Below are positions 1 to 10,182 of a DNA stretch of 64,000 bases, in pieces. Position numbers and translations under genes: made by a program. Position 1 is the stretch's first letter. Every line of letters begins with the position of its first letter. The notes under the pieces are model-generated. The model was given only the letters and a program-made list of their open reading frames with translations. It searched no databases and was not told the DNA's origin. Origin of the DNA: Candidatus Cloacimonadales bacterium (GTDB taxonomy: Bacteria; Cloacimonadota; Cloacimonadia; Cloacimonadales; JAIOQZ01); assembly GCA_963665815.1 (NCBI GenBank), contig OY762463.1, positions 992,001 through 1,056,000 on the forward strand, written 5' to 3'.

Positions 1-10
1 ACGTTCCAGA

Positions 11-1321
11 ATGCAGAAATATCTTGATTATTACAGAGATGACTGCAGTTCCTATATAAAATCGGAAATAAGTAATCTGGTCAATCCTCAGGAAAGTACA
101 GAGTTATGCAAATATGTTGAACACGACAATATAACCAGCAGAATGATAGACTCAATTTCATTAATATTCAAAGAAAAAGTAAATGTTTCCATAAGCTGCA
201 GCACAGAAACAGATACAGAGAAAGCTCAGGTTCTGCTCAATGATTTACTGGATGGTCTGAACTTTCATGTAACTATGAAGGAAGTGGAAAAACTGTCGAA
301 ACTGGTATTTGATATAGCAGTAATTCCACAAATAAGAAACAACAAGATCGAACTTGATATTATAACACCAGAAAAGGCATTCGTAAAACAAAGCAATGAA
401 GATCCGACAAAAGCTGAAGCCTTCTTCTATCAGACCGGAATTCTCACAAATACCACATCCCCCAATCCTATTCATGAATACCATTTCTGGACCAGAGAAG
501 GTAAGTTCTCATGTATGATTGATGATACAGGCAATCCATTTAACATAACACTGTTAATGGAGTGGAATCATCCTGAGATTTTTCCGGTTATCATGTTCAG
601 AAATTATCTTCCTATTGATTCTTTCTGGTATGATGGTTTAAATCCGATAGTTGAAAAAAACATTATCATCGATTTAAAAAGAACTGATATGTCTATGGCT
701 GAAGCCTATAATATACCCCAGAGAATTAATCGTGGTGTACCTGAGGAACAGGAGATAAAGCTAGGCAGAACATTTGCAATGAACATACCACTGCCTGAGA
801 ACGAGCAACCCCTTGGTGATGCAAAATACATTAAGCCTGATGAGAATCTTACAGAGCTTGATAAATGTATACTGAACAGAATAGAGCAGCTTGGTCTTTC
901 CCTGGGACTGTCAAAATCCATAATTACGGGTCAATCGGCAACATCCGGATATGAACTTGCCTTATCGAAATACGAGATTGTTGAGAGAAATAAGTCTGAG
1001 CGTGATTACTATATTCAGCCTTTAAGGGATCTGGTCAGGTTAATAATTATCATGACGAAAGATTGCAATGGATACGACTTTCCCGATAACCCCGAGATAA
1101 AAGTAGACTTTGGAGAGATCAGATTCTCGCAGTCCGAACTTGAGAAAGCAAGAACCAGATATTATAAGCTTGTTTATGGAATTGCTTCAAGAATAGATAT
1201 AATTATGGAGGATAACCCTGATTTAACAAGAGAACAGGCAATTGTAAAAGCAAAGCAGATTGACAGAGAAGAATTGGATTTTGGTAAGAAATTCGATAAT
1301 CTGTCTATCTCAAGCTTTTAG
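11..1321 (+). CDS. Phage portal protein, SPP1 Gp6-like (frame open to the window start, may be 5'-truncated)
   Basis: 436 aa; portal-like motifs DYY near the N-terminus, N-I-T..ID, FPVIMFRN, SATSGYELAL, IKVDF, GIASRIDII..NPD. Confidence 0.75.
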   Translation: MQKYLDYYRDDCSSYIKSEISNLVNPQESTELCKYVEHDNITSRMIDSISLIFKEKVNVSISCSTETDTEKAQVLLNDLLDGLNFHVTMKEVEKLSKLVFDIAVIPQIRNNKIELDIITPEKAFVKQSNEDPTKAEAFFYQTGILTNTTSPNPIHEYHFWTREGKFSCMIDDTGNPFNITLLMEWNHPEIFPVIMFRNYLPIDSFWYDGLNPIVEKNIIIDLKRTDMSMAEAYNIPQRINRGVPEEQEIKLGRTFAMNIPLPENEQPLGDAKYIKPDENLTELDKCILNRIEQLGLSLGLSKSIITGQSATSGYELALSKYEIVERNKSERDYYIQPLRDLVRLIIIMTKDCNGYDFPDNPEIKVDFGEIRFSQSELEKARTRYYKLVYGIASRIDIIMEDNPDLTREQAIVKAKQIDREELDFGKKFDNLSISSF

Positions 1322-1349
1322 TCGTTAACCTCAGTGTAAGTATGAAAAG

Positions 1350-1379
1350 AAAAAGCTCCGTTACAAACGGAGCACTTTT
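1350..1379. terminator. Bidirectional intrinsic terminator between the portal gene and the convergent TPR gene
   Basis: Stem GCTCCGTT/AACGGAGC with flanking A and T tracts. Confidence 0.7.
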
Positions 1380-1424
1380 CATAACCAAATATATTTTTGC
1401 ATAAGCTTATTCTATTATCGGCTA

Positions 1425-2129
1425 TTACAGAATATCTTTAATTTTTTTTGTATTTAAAGAATCAATTTCAATTATTTCCAAGCCATTAATAAAGCTAAGC
1501 GTTTCTGCATCATCATGATAGCGTCTGTAAATTTTTTCTATCCTGTCGACAATTCCTGGTTCGTGAGGAAATTTTCTGAGAGCTTTTTTCATATATTCAT
1601 TTCCAAAGCTCTCTCTTTTAAAACTGTAGTATGTCTTTGCCAAATCAAAATAAAGATCAATATTCTCAGGTTCAATGTCATGGGCTTTTTTCAGGTTTTC
1701 TACTGCAAGATCATATTTTCTGGAAACAGCGTAATAAAGCCCCATGTTCCTGAAAGACTCCATGTAGTAAGGATCAATTTCAAGAGCTTTCATAAAATAA
1801 TTAATAGCATTATAATCTGATACAGAAAATGTCTTTCCGATAAGGTTATAAGCTTCAGGATCGCTTGCATTCTTCATCACATAATCTTTAAGTAACTTCT
1901 GCGCTTTGTTAAGATCATCCAGACCATAATAACATTGAGCTATACGTTTTTGAAAAATAAGCTTATTGGGGGCTTTTTTCTGTCCCTTTTCAAACATAGA
2001 AAGAGCTTCTTCATATTTTCCTTCTTCAAACAATTTCTGCCCTTTGACATAATAATCTCTGTACTGATCTCCACAAGCCATCAGAGAAAGCAGTAAACAA
2101 ACAATGAATATTGATATTTTTTTATGCAT
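1425..2129 (-). CDS. TPR-repeat lipoprotein
   Basis: Lipobox LMAC; repeated TPR helices (A..L.P..Y..LG). Confidence 0.85.
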   Translation of the reverse strand: MHKKISIFIVCLLLSLMACGDQYRDYYVKGQKLFEEGKYEEALSMFEKGQKKAPNKLIFQKRIAQCYYGLDDLNKAQKLLKDYVMKNASDPEAYNLIGKTFSVSDYNAINYFMKALEIDPYYMESFRNMGLYYAVSRKYDLAVENLKKAHDIEPENIDLYFDLAKTYYSFKRESFGNEYMKKALRKFPHEPGIVDRIEKIYRRYHDDAETLSFINGLEIIEIDSLNTKKIKDIL

Positions 2130-2588
2130 TTTAAACCTTTTCTTTTTTTTATGATATACGCTTCAATCAGTGTTTTGCAAAACTCATAGAACACATCTCA
2201 GTTTTCTGAATTACAACGTAAATATAAATTTCTGTAAAAAAAACATATTATTAAAATTTTGGCAAGTAATTATTGCTGAATTTACATTAGTAATACTGAT
2301 ACAAGTTGTTTCATCATGCAATCTTTTGGTATGCAGCTACATTAGAAAAGACTTTTGTATAATTTGGGTAGCTGACTCGATTCTAGAATTCATCTAATAA
2401 TCTCTCAAAGCAAGCATTCCTGATAAGTTTTCCTGATGAATACAAAAATCTCATTGATACTTTTAGCAAAAATTACTGATTTCACTGTTACACATAGTAC
2501 TCAGCAGATAAACTGAGTGAAGAAATATCTTAAAGTTATTGACAAAGTTCGAACATAATTAATTATAAAAAATAAAACAGAGGTGCTT

Positions 2589-5500
2589 ATGAAATACATT
2601 ATTCTATCATTTCTTTTCATTTTCTCACTCTCCTTATGTGCATTTTCAACTCATATCGGAACAATATCATCCAATGAAACATGGACAGCTCAATCTGGTC
2701 CACATCATATTACAGGCGATATTGACGTTGTTGATGGAGTCACTCTCACAATTAATCCAGGGTCTGTTATTTATTTTTACGGAGACTACTCAATAACCAT
2801 ACACGGTTGCCTCATTGCAGACGGTACGGGAAGTCAGATAATTTTCGACTATTACAATCAGCTATTTCACGATCCCGGTGAATGGGGCAGGATTCTATTT
2901 TCATCTGCTGATGCAGGATGTATAATGGATAACTGTGATATCAAGTATGGTGGTTCGGGTGTTGCTATGGTAGAAATATCCAACTGTCAGGATCATGTCA
3001 CTATCCAGAACTCTTCACTGTCTTACAGTGCATCCATGGGTATTAAAGTGTTAGATGATGCTTCTGATCCCGATTTGCATAACCTTTCATTCGGGTCTAT
3101 AGCCAGCTATCTTATTGAATCACATGCAAAACCTCTTGCAGACTATTTTGTTAATGGATATTCAAGCTGCCCGAATCCTTATATTTCAGTCAGAGGCGGT
3201 AGTATTGATCCCGGATTAATGCAGAGGCAATATGCTCCAATCCTCGTAAACGGCGATATTATGGTTGCTAATGGCAATATGCTAACGATTTACGAAGGGA
3301 ATGAATTCTTCTTCAATGGAGACTATGAATTCAGAGTTGAAGGACAACTTCATACATCTGGAACTGCTGCAAATCCAGTCGTTTTTACTTCGACTTCAGC
3401 AGTTGAAGGTTCATGGGAAGGACTTGATTTTAATGGCGTTGACGGAAACTGTAACATGGATTACTGCGAAATCCGATATGCCGGCTCGAATGGACAGGCT
3501 GTTCAGATTACAAGCTGTGATGACGATATTTCATTCGACCATGCCCTTATTGATAACTCAGGCTCAAAAGGAATAAGCTTCGACTCTTATTCTTCACCAA
3601 GTATAACTAATTCAACTTTTTCCAATAATGCAAGTCACAGCATCGCAGGTAATGCACCTGTTGTAATTCAAAACATTACAGGAAATACCTTTACAGGAAA
3701 TGATATTGATGCCGTTTTACTGGAATCAGGCAGTTTCTCGACATCAACTATTCATAGAAATTCCAATCTGGAATATCATGTAGGCAGTATGATTTATGTA
3801 TCTGAGGGTGATACATTAACTATTGAACCGGGTGTAACAATGAAGTTTAATTCACAAGCCGGAATGACTGTAAATGGGTCTATTATTGCAATGGGACAAT
3901 CAGGAAATGAAATTACTTTTACATCTTCAGCCTCTACCCCATCAGCAGGAAACTGGACAAGCATTTACCTTTACAGAATTGATGCTGACTGTTACTTTGA
4001 TTACTGCTACTTTTCTTATGGTGGTCAGGATGTTTACAGTAATCCTGCACATGAAAAATGTCTTCTGGCAATGTATCAGACATCTGCAAACACAAATCAT
4101 GCTTATGTGACAAATACACACTTTTCACATAGTGGAGGAATGGGAGTAAAAGCATTAAGTTATGCAAGATTTGTTGTTGATAATTGCAGCTTCAGTAATA
4201 TTAGTTCCTATGGAATCTACTCAAATAACTCATATTCATATTATGTTGTAAGTAATTCAAACTTTAATACAATCGGTGATTACCCTATTCAAATATATTT
4301 TAAAAATGCTGTCAGAATGTTCAATCTTACTTTTGCAAATCTTACAAATAACTATATAAATCTTAAAGGAAGCCCTGTTACATCAGGAACTCTCTCAAAC
4401 TTTGGGATTCCATATATAGTTGAAGGCGCTGCCACTGTCAGTGATGGTGAAGTATTATCCATTGAACAGGGAGTTCAGTATTATGCAGATACTATTTTGA
4501 ATGTAGAAGGTTTACTGATGGCTGATGGATCTCAGGCAGAGCCAATTCTGCTAAGTTCTATCACCGGTAATACGGATGGTTGGTATGGCATAAATTTCTC
4601 AAATTCTGATAATGGTAGTATGATGGATTACTGTACAATCGAAAATGGTGGAAAAAATGCATATGGTACATATTTTGATGAACAGGCTGTCTTATATTTC
4701 AGAAATTCCGGACAAACAACAATCACAAATTCCACAATTGGACCAAGTTCAAGATATGGTTTAAAAATATCCGGTTCAACAGATTTTACTCTAAGCAATG
4801 TTGAAATTACCGGTTGTCAGCAATCAAGTATACATTCATCAAGTAATACTCCAAATTTCTTACTTGATAATGTGACATTCTCTAATAACGTAAGTTATCT
4901 TGGTGAATTATACCCAAAACATATTTATATGATGGATAATATAAATATAGTAAACAACTCAGATAACACAATTAAACTCAGCTCTGGTACCATCGGAACC
5001 GGTACAATACATAACTTTGGTATAGATTATTTCCTAAATGGAACAACAACTGTCTCCGATGGCCATACTATGACAGTTGAACCGGGAGTTAAATTTTATG
5101 CTGATAATACATCTTTAACGGTTCAAGGTGCATTAATCGCAGTTGGAACAATCACAGATTCAATAATTTTCAGAGCTAAAGATAACTATGCCGGACAATG
5201 GTATGGTTTAATTTTCGACAATCCTGATGCAGGTTCCTCGCTTCAATATGTTGATATCAGTGGAGGTGGAAGAAACACCTATGGTACATACTGGGATGAA
5301 AAATCTAACATTGCAATTCGAAGTGGAACAGGCGGTCCAGTTATTTCAAATTGCACAATCCGGAATTCCGGAGCAGATGGTATAAGGTTGGCATCAGGAG
5401 CATCTGCATCATTTTCTAACACAATCATTGAAAATGGTGCTGAAATAGGTATCAATACAATGAGCAGTAGCGCAACCGCAACCTTTGATAACTGTGAGAT

Positions 5501-6545
5501 TACGGGGTTTACAGGTTCTCCGGTATACACATATTCCAATTTAATCGGTAGATACACTAATATGAATATTCATGATAATACTGATGATTTTTTCGAAGTA
5601 GCCCCTATAAACATCTATAGTGACACTTGGAAAAACAATGGAGTTCCATATAGAATGAATGGTGGCTTCGCAATATACGATGGACACACAGTAAACATTG
5701 ATCCCGGGGTAGAGATCCAATTCAACGGTATCAGTACTCTCAGAATTGAGGGGAAACTAATGTCAAATGGAACAGCATCAGAACCTGTTCATTTTACTAC
5801 ATCTAATCCGTCACCTGCAGTTGGACATTGGGGTGGATTGTACTTCTATAATGCTGATGACACATCAAGAGTAAATCATACAATTTTGGAATATGGAGGT
5901 GTTAACTTTACATACACTCCATTTGAAGAATATTGTCAGCTTGCCGTATCCAGATCCCAGGTAGAGCTTAGAGATTGCATTATCAGAAATTCATATCACG
6001 GAATCAAAGCCGGATATAATGCAAATCTTAACTTAATTAACTGTAAAATACAGGACAATACTCACAATGGTATATATGCATCCAGTAACAGTATCGTGAC
6101 TTTCGGAAGTCAACTCTCAGAATGGAACGATATATACAACAATGGAGATTATAATTTTTATAATGAAAGTACCGTCGGAAAGACAGCTAAATATGTTTAC
6201 TGGGGAAATGACACACTATCTGTTATAGATGAGAACATCTATGATTATTTTGAAAATCCATCATACGCAAAAGTAAGTATTCTTCCCTATACTGACTCCA
6301 CTCACAGTCTGGAACTCGGAGCTCCTGTTGCTCCTGAAAACATCCAGATTGTCTATAATGCAGGTAATACTGAAATCACATGGGATGCTGTTTCCGGTTC
6401 AGGATATCAGGTTTATTCTTCAACAGATCCGGAACTCCCGACTGATCAATGGACTCTTGAAGCAGATAATCTTTCTGCAAATACGTGGACAGATTCATCA
6501 CCCGGAACGAGAAAATTCTATTTCGTTAAATCGAAAAGAGATTAA
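2589..6545 (+). CDS. Large secreted right-handed beta-helix repeat protein (six ~200-aa repeats) with a C-terminal Fn3-like/sorting-like domain
   Basis: Signal peptide; six G.L.A.GT...I.F...G.W.G..F...Y..I.YGG repeats; ends TWTD..TRKFYFVKS; GAGG RBS before ATG 2589. Confidence 0.8.
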   Translation: MKYIILSFLFIFSLSLCAFSTHIGTISSNETWTAQSGPHHITGDIDVVDGVTLTINPGSVIYFYGDYSITIHGCLIADGTGSQIIFDYYNQLFHDPGEWGRILFSSADAGCIMDNCDIKYGGSGVAMVEISNCQDHVTIQNSSLSYSASMGIKVLDDASDPDLHNLSFGSIASYLIESHAKPLADYFVNGYSSCPNPYISVRGGSIDPGLMQRQYAPILVNGDIMVANGNMLTIYEGNEFFFNGDYEFRVEGQLHTSGTAANPVVFTSTSAVEGSWEGLDFNGVDGNCNMDYCEIRYAGSNGQAVQITSCDDDISFDHALIDNSGSKGISFDSYSSPSITNSTFSNNASHSIAGNAPVVIQNITGNTFTGNDIDAVLLESGSFSTSTIHRNSNLEYHVGSMIYVSEGDTLTIEPGVTMKFNSQAGMTVNGSIIAMGQSGNEITFTSSASTPSAGNWTSIYLYRIDADCYFDYCYFSYGGQDVYSNPAHEKCLLAMYQTSANTNHAYVTNTHFSHSGGMGVKALSYARFVVDNCSFSNISSYGIYSNNSYSYYVVSNSNFNTIGDYPIQIYFKNAVRMFNLTFANLTNNYINLKGSPVTSGTLSNFGIPYIVEGAATVSDGEVLSIEQGVQYYADTILNVEGLLMADGSQAEPILLSSITGNTDGWYGINFSNSDNGSMMDYCTIENGGKNAYGTYFDEQAVLYFRNSGQTTITNSTIGPSSRYGLKISGSTDFTLSNVEITGCQQSSIHSSSNTPNFLLDNVTFSNNVSYLGELYPKHIYMMDNINIVNNSDNTIKLSSGTIGTGTIHNFGIDYFLNGTTTVSDGHTMTVEPGVKFYADNTSLTVQGALIAVGTITDSIIFRAKDNYAGQWYGLIFDNPDAGSSLQYVDISGGGRNTYGTYWDEKSNIAIRSGTGGPVISNCTIRNSGADGIRLASGASASFSNTIIENGAEIGINTMSSSATATFDNCEITGFTGSPVYTYSNLIGRYTNMNIHDNTDDFFEVAPINIYSDTWKNNGVPYRMNGGFAIYDGHTVNIDPGVEIQFNGISTLRIEGKLMSNGTASEPVHFTTSNPSPAVGHWGGLYFYNADDTSRVNHTILEYGGVNFTYTPFEEYCQLAVSRSQVELRDCIIRNSYHGIKAGYNANLNLINCKIQDNTHNGIYASSNSIVTFGSQLSEWNDIYNNGDYNFYNESTVGKTAKYVYWGNDTLSVIDENIYDYFENPSYAKVSILPYTDSTHSLELGAPVAPENIQIVYNAGNTEITWDAVSGSGYQVYSSTDPELPTDQWTLEADNLSANTWTDSSPGTRKFYFVKSKRD

Positions 6546-6576
6546 ATAATCCCTAAGACCGACGACATAAATAGAG

Positions 6577-6608
6577 GACTGTCTTATCTGATAAGGCAGT
6601 CTTTTTTT
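6577..6608 (+). terminator. Intrinsic terminator
   Basis: GACTGTCTTATC-T-GATAAGGCAGTC followed by a T run. Confidence 0.8.
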
Positions 6609-6745
6609 CAAATCAGACACACTTTAGGGGACGGTGCCTAAAAAAAGCCTGAACTCAAAGAATTCAGGCAACAAGGTTTTCAAAATTAGAGTGAGCTTTA
6701 CATTATAGCAAAATCGAGTCAACTACCTCGATCATGTAAAGCTAT

Positions 6746-7090
6746 CTACAATATAAACTCATTCAGTTCATTATTTTTATACCTCTCATAAGCTTCTTTA
6801 ATAGTGTTACCGGAAGCTCCAACGTAAATCTTAAGATTCATATGCTGTAGAACCATGGCAGCACTGCGTCCCGGACCGTTTCCTGTTACGATTGCGTCAA
6901 TTTCTGTTTTTGCAATCTTTTCGGCAGTTTTTGGACCTGCACCATGTTCATACTGACTTATTTCTGTGTTATCAATTACTTCCAGATTATCTGCAGCGCT
7001 GTCTACAATACAAAGATATTCTGCTCTACCAAATCTTGGATCAATTTCTGAGTTCCATTCGCTGCCTTTGGCTGTAAAAAGTATTTTCAT
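6746..7090 (-). CDS. NifB/NifX-family (dinitrogenase FeMo-cofactor-binding-like) protein
   Basis: DPRFGRA, HGAG, TGNGPG motifs. Confidence 0.9.
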   Translation of the reverse strand: MKILFTAKGSEWNSEIDPRFGRAEYLCIVDSAADNLEVIDNTEISQYEHGAGPKTAEKIAKTEIDAIVTGNGPGRSAAMVLQHMNLKIYVGASGNTIKEAYERYKNNELNEFIL

Positions 7091-7125
7091 TTATCCTCCT
7101 TGGGGAAAATAATGTTGAAAGATCA

Positions 7126-8001
7126 TTATTCAAAGATCTTATTATAGATTTTACTCCATGAATTTTTGATTATATCTCTGATTTCTTCTGAGCAATATTC
7201 ATAAGGAGTTTTAAGGTTATTTAATGCTTCCGGAAATGACATATCATAAGGAACCTCAGCTATAAGGTCTATGGACTGCTCTCTGCAATAGTCCCTTAAG
7301 GAAGCAGTTTTGTTCAAGTTCAAATCGAATTTATTAATTATACATCCTGCTGAGATATTGAATTTTTTTATCAGTTCAAACAGTCGTTTCAGATCATGAA
7401 TACCTGACACGGTCGGTTCTGTAACAATAACAATATAGTCAGCACCAGACAAAGATGATACGACTGGACAGCCTATTCCGGGGGATCCGTCAGCTATGAT
7501 CAGTTCAACTCCGGTTTCTTCCGCTTTTGCTTTGGCTCGTTTTTTTACTTCAGCAACGAGCTTTCCTGAGTTATCCGCTCCGATTGCGAGACAAGCATGA
7601 ATCATCGGGAAACCGAATTCAGTCATTGATGAGTAGAGATTACCAATTTTCTGAAGCTCCATATTGATTGCTTTTTGAGGACATACTTCTGAGCAGTATC
7701 CGCAACCTTCACAGCTGATTAAACTAATCTCATATCTGTCTTTTCTATTCACTGCATCAAACCTGCACACATCCTGACATTTACCGCAGTCTATGCACTT
7801 TGTGTAGTCAATTACAGCTTTTGTTCCGCTGTAGAAATCTTCTCCATTCGTAAAATCAGGTTTAAGCAGCAGGTGAAGATTGGCAGCATCAACATCACAG
7901 TCTGCAACAACGGCTTTCTTTCCTGCAAGAACAGCAAAGGAAGCTGATAACGATGTCTTACCGGTCCCTCCCTTACCTGAGAGTATTACTATTTCTTTCA
8001 T
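7126..8001 (-). CDS. MinD-superfamily P-loop ATPase with inserted 2x[4Fe-4S] ferredoxin domain
   Basis: SGKGGTGKT, DCDVDAAN, two CxxCxxCxxxC, DGSPGIGCP, TEPT; start moved to MKEIVIL. Confidence 0.9.
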   Translation of the reverse strand: MKEIVILSGKGGTGKTSLSASFAVLAGKKAVVADCDVDAANLHLLLKPDFTNGEDFYSGTKAVIDYTKCIDCGKCQDVCRFDAVNRKDRYEISLISCEGCGYCSEVCPQKAINMELQKIGNLYSSMTEFGFPMIHACLAIGADNSGKLVAEVKKRAKAKAEETGVELIIADGSPGIGCPVVSSLSGADYIVIVTEPTVSGIHDLKRLFELIKKFNISAGCIINKFDLNLNKTASLRDYCREQSIDLIAEVPYDMSFPEALNNLKTPYEYCSEEIRDIIKNSWSKIYNKIFE

Positions 8002-8863
8002 CGTATTCACCTTTCAGATTTGTAATTTTCTTCAGCAGCATATCGAATCCTGCTTTGATTTCACCGGAAACAGAATGGATTAATTTGCCCTCAGAGTAAT
8101 TCTCTGCAGCTTTCTTATCAAAAGGAATTCTACCTGCAATATCAATATCATTACTTTTGCAATAATCTTCTATGATAGGATTAGCCTGATCATCTTTGTT
8201 GATAACAATGCTGAATGGTTTGTCAAGTTGTTTGACTACATCAACAGCAAGGTTCAAATCGTGAAGTCCTAATGGAGTGGGCTCTGTAACCAGCATTATA
8301 TAGTCTGAGTTTACAGCTGTTTCAATAAATGGGCATGCTGTTCCGGGCGGTGAATCAAGAATTACAAGCTGATCGCTATTGTATTTATTTTCAATGAAAT
8401 CGAAAGCCTGTTTTATCAATGGTACAGCCTGTTCTTCTCCAATATTAAGCCTACCTTCGATGAACTCGAAATTGCCTGCATCACTGAAATGATTCAATTG
8501 TCCAATAGTAATAAGCTTCATTTCGAGAGCATTTTCAGGACATAATTCAGCACAGGCAAAGCAACTGTGACAAAGCTCATTCAAAATGATAATATGGGTT
8601 GTTATATTAAGAACTGCGTTGAAATTACATAGTTTACTGCATTTCCCGCAGAAAGTGCATTTATCCCGATTCCATACCGGAACAGATTTGTTGATATCAA
8701 GTGACTGTTTTAGGGGGGTATTAAAAAAAAGACCTGAGTCAGGTTCTTCAACATCAAGATCTACATGTAGAGTAGAAATTGAGTTTGCCAGAAGCTGACT
8801 CAGATTTGCAGAGACGGTTGTTTTTCCGGTACCGCCCTTACCGCTTGCAAAGGCAATCTTCAT
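7973..8863 (-). CDS. MinD-superfamily P-loop ATPase with inserted ferredoxin domain (paralog)
   Basis: ASGKGGTGKT, DLDVEEP, two Cys clusters, DSPPGTACP, TEPTPLGLHDL. Confidence 0.9.
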   Translation of the reverse strand: MKIAFASGKGGTGKTTVSANLSQLLANSISTLHVDLDVEEPDSGLFFNTPLKQSLDINKSVPVWNRDKCTFCGKCSKLCNFNAVLNITTHIIILNELCHSCFACAELCPENALEMKLITIGQLNHFSDAGNFEFIEGRLNIGEEQAVPLIKQAFDFIENKYNSDQLVILDSPPGTACPFIETAVNSDYIMLVTEPTPLGLHDLNLAVDVVKQLDKPFSIVINKDDQANPIIEDYCKSNDIDIAGRIPFDKKAAENYSEGKLIHSVSGEIKAGFDMLLKKITNLKGEYDERNSNTLR

Positions 8864-8883
8864 AATCGTAATCCTGCAAGAAC

Positions 8884-9216
8884 TTAGTGATCACAAAGAT
8901 TTTCGCCTGATTTAAGATTTCCTGCCAGATACATGTCTACAAGCTCTTTAAGGCTTTCAGTTCTGCATCCGATAATTACTTTAACATTGTTTTGTGCAAA
9001 CAGACCTTGAGCCCTGCTTCCCATTCCACCTGCAATAATCAGATTACATCCGTTTTCAGCGAGGAATCTTGGAAATGTTCCCGGTTCATGTGGTGGTGGG
9101 ACAAGTTCAGTCTCGTTTACTATCTTGTTATCTTCAACTTCAAATACTCTGAATACCTGACAATGTCCGAAATGTGGACTTAACACACCATTTGTTGTTG
9201 GAATGGCTATCTTCAT
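8884..9216 (-). CDS. NifB/NifX-family protein
   Basis: SPHFGHC, PPPHEPG, AGGMG, C-terminal CDH. Confidence 0.9.
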   Translation of the reverse strand: MKIAIPTTNGVLSPHFGHCQVFRVFEVEDNKIVNETELVPPPHEPGTFPRFLAENGCNLIIAGGMGSRAQGLFAQNNVKVIIGCRTESLKELVDMYLAGNLKSGENLCDH

Positions 9217-9302
9217 AGTCTTTTCTCCTCTATGCTTTTCTTTACTTTTTGTAAGTTCACTTGAAATTGCACGAAAAAACTATGTAAACACTCTTTTATA
9301 AG

Positions 9303-9752
9303 CTATTTTTCCTGTAACTTTCTTCTACAGCATGGACCATGACCATATTGAGCAGCAATACTTTCAAGGTTATCTGATCCGCATTTAGGACATTCATCTG
9401 CGTCATTTTCGAATGATTCGATAAACTTCAATCCGCAGTCTTTGCATATCAGTAAATCTTCCTTAAAGTGTACAAGACCACCATCAATATGAAGCTTCTT
9501 TTTTTCCAGAAGGAAAGATGATACTTTCTTATGGGCTTTTTGTATTACTCTGGTAAAAGTAGGCCTGGAAATATCCATCTTAACAGCAGCCTCTGCATGT
9601 TCAAGTTCTTCATAATCTGCAAGTCTTATTGCTTCGAACTCATCTATTGTCAGATTGATTTCCTCAAGATTTCTTGCAGGTACTCCAATAGGTTTAAAAC
9701 TCCGTTGAACAGGTGGCAATTCCACCATTCTGCATTTTCTTGATCTTCTCAT
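9303..9752 (-). CDS. DUF134 (UPF0251) putative DNA-binding protein with C-terminal zinc ribbon
   Basis: FKPIG, DEFEAIRLAD, MDISRPTF HTH; CKDCG...CPKCGS. Confidence 0.9.
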   Translation of the reverse strand: MRRSRKCRMVELPPVQRSFKPIGVPARNLEEINLTIDEFEAIRLADYEELEHAEAAVKMDISRPTFTRVIQKAHKKVSSFLLEKKKLHIDGGLVHFKEDLLICKDCGLKFIESFENDADECPKCGSDNLESIAAQYGHGPCCRRKLQEK

Positions 9753-9764
9753 ACAATCTCCTCT

Positions 9765-9806
9765 ATGAACTTATTTTCATCGAAATAAGTTGGTTATTTT
9801 TGTCAA
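9765..9806 (-). promoter_or_regulatory. Candidate promoter/operator of the DUF134 operon
   Basis: TTGACA on the minus strand (9801-9806); overlapping palindromes ATGAA-N6-TTCAT and AACTTATTT-N6-AAATAAGTT. Confidence 0.5.
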
Positions 9807-10182
9807 TCATTATTTCTCAATTTTATATATTATAAGTTAAATGACAAGTATTAATTGTACTTATGTAATTCACTGAACTTAATTTCTGTTATCATCAATA
9901 CTTTTCAAGTTCACATATTATCCAGCTCTAATTTTAAAGAAACTATAGTAAAATTACTCATAGGCAGGAAAACTGTTTAATAAAGCCAGTTCTTTGCACA
10001 AACTAAGATAAAATTATTGTTAATAACCCTTCAAAAATTGCACAAGAAACTCTTCACAGTTTATGTTTAACACACTAACTATTCTGTTGGAAAAATGTGA
10101 CACATATTCATTATCAGTAAGTAAGTTCTTGACTTAAAACAAAGTTTCATGTAAAAATGTTGGAAAAATTCAGGAGATACTG

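Noticed and set aside
6746-9216. Nitrogen fixation cluster
   Set aside because: Only NifB/NifX-family domains; no nifHDK
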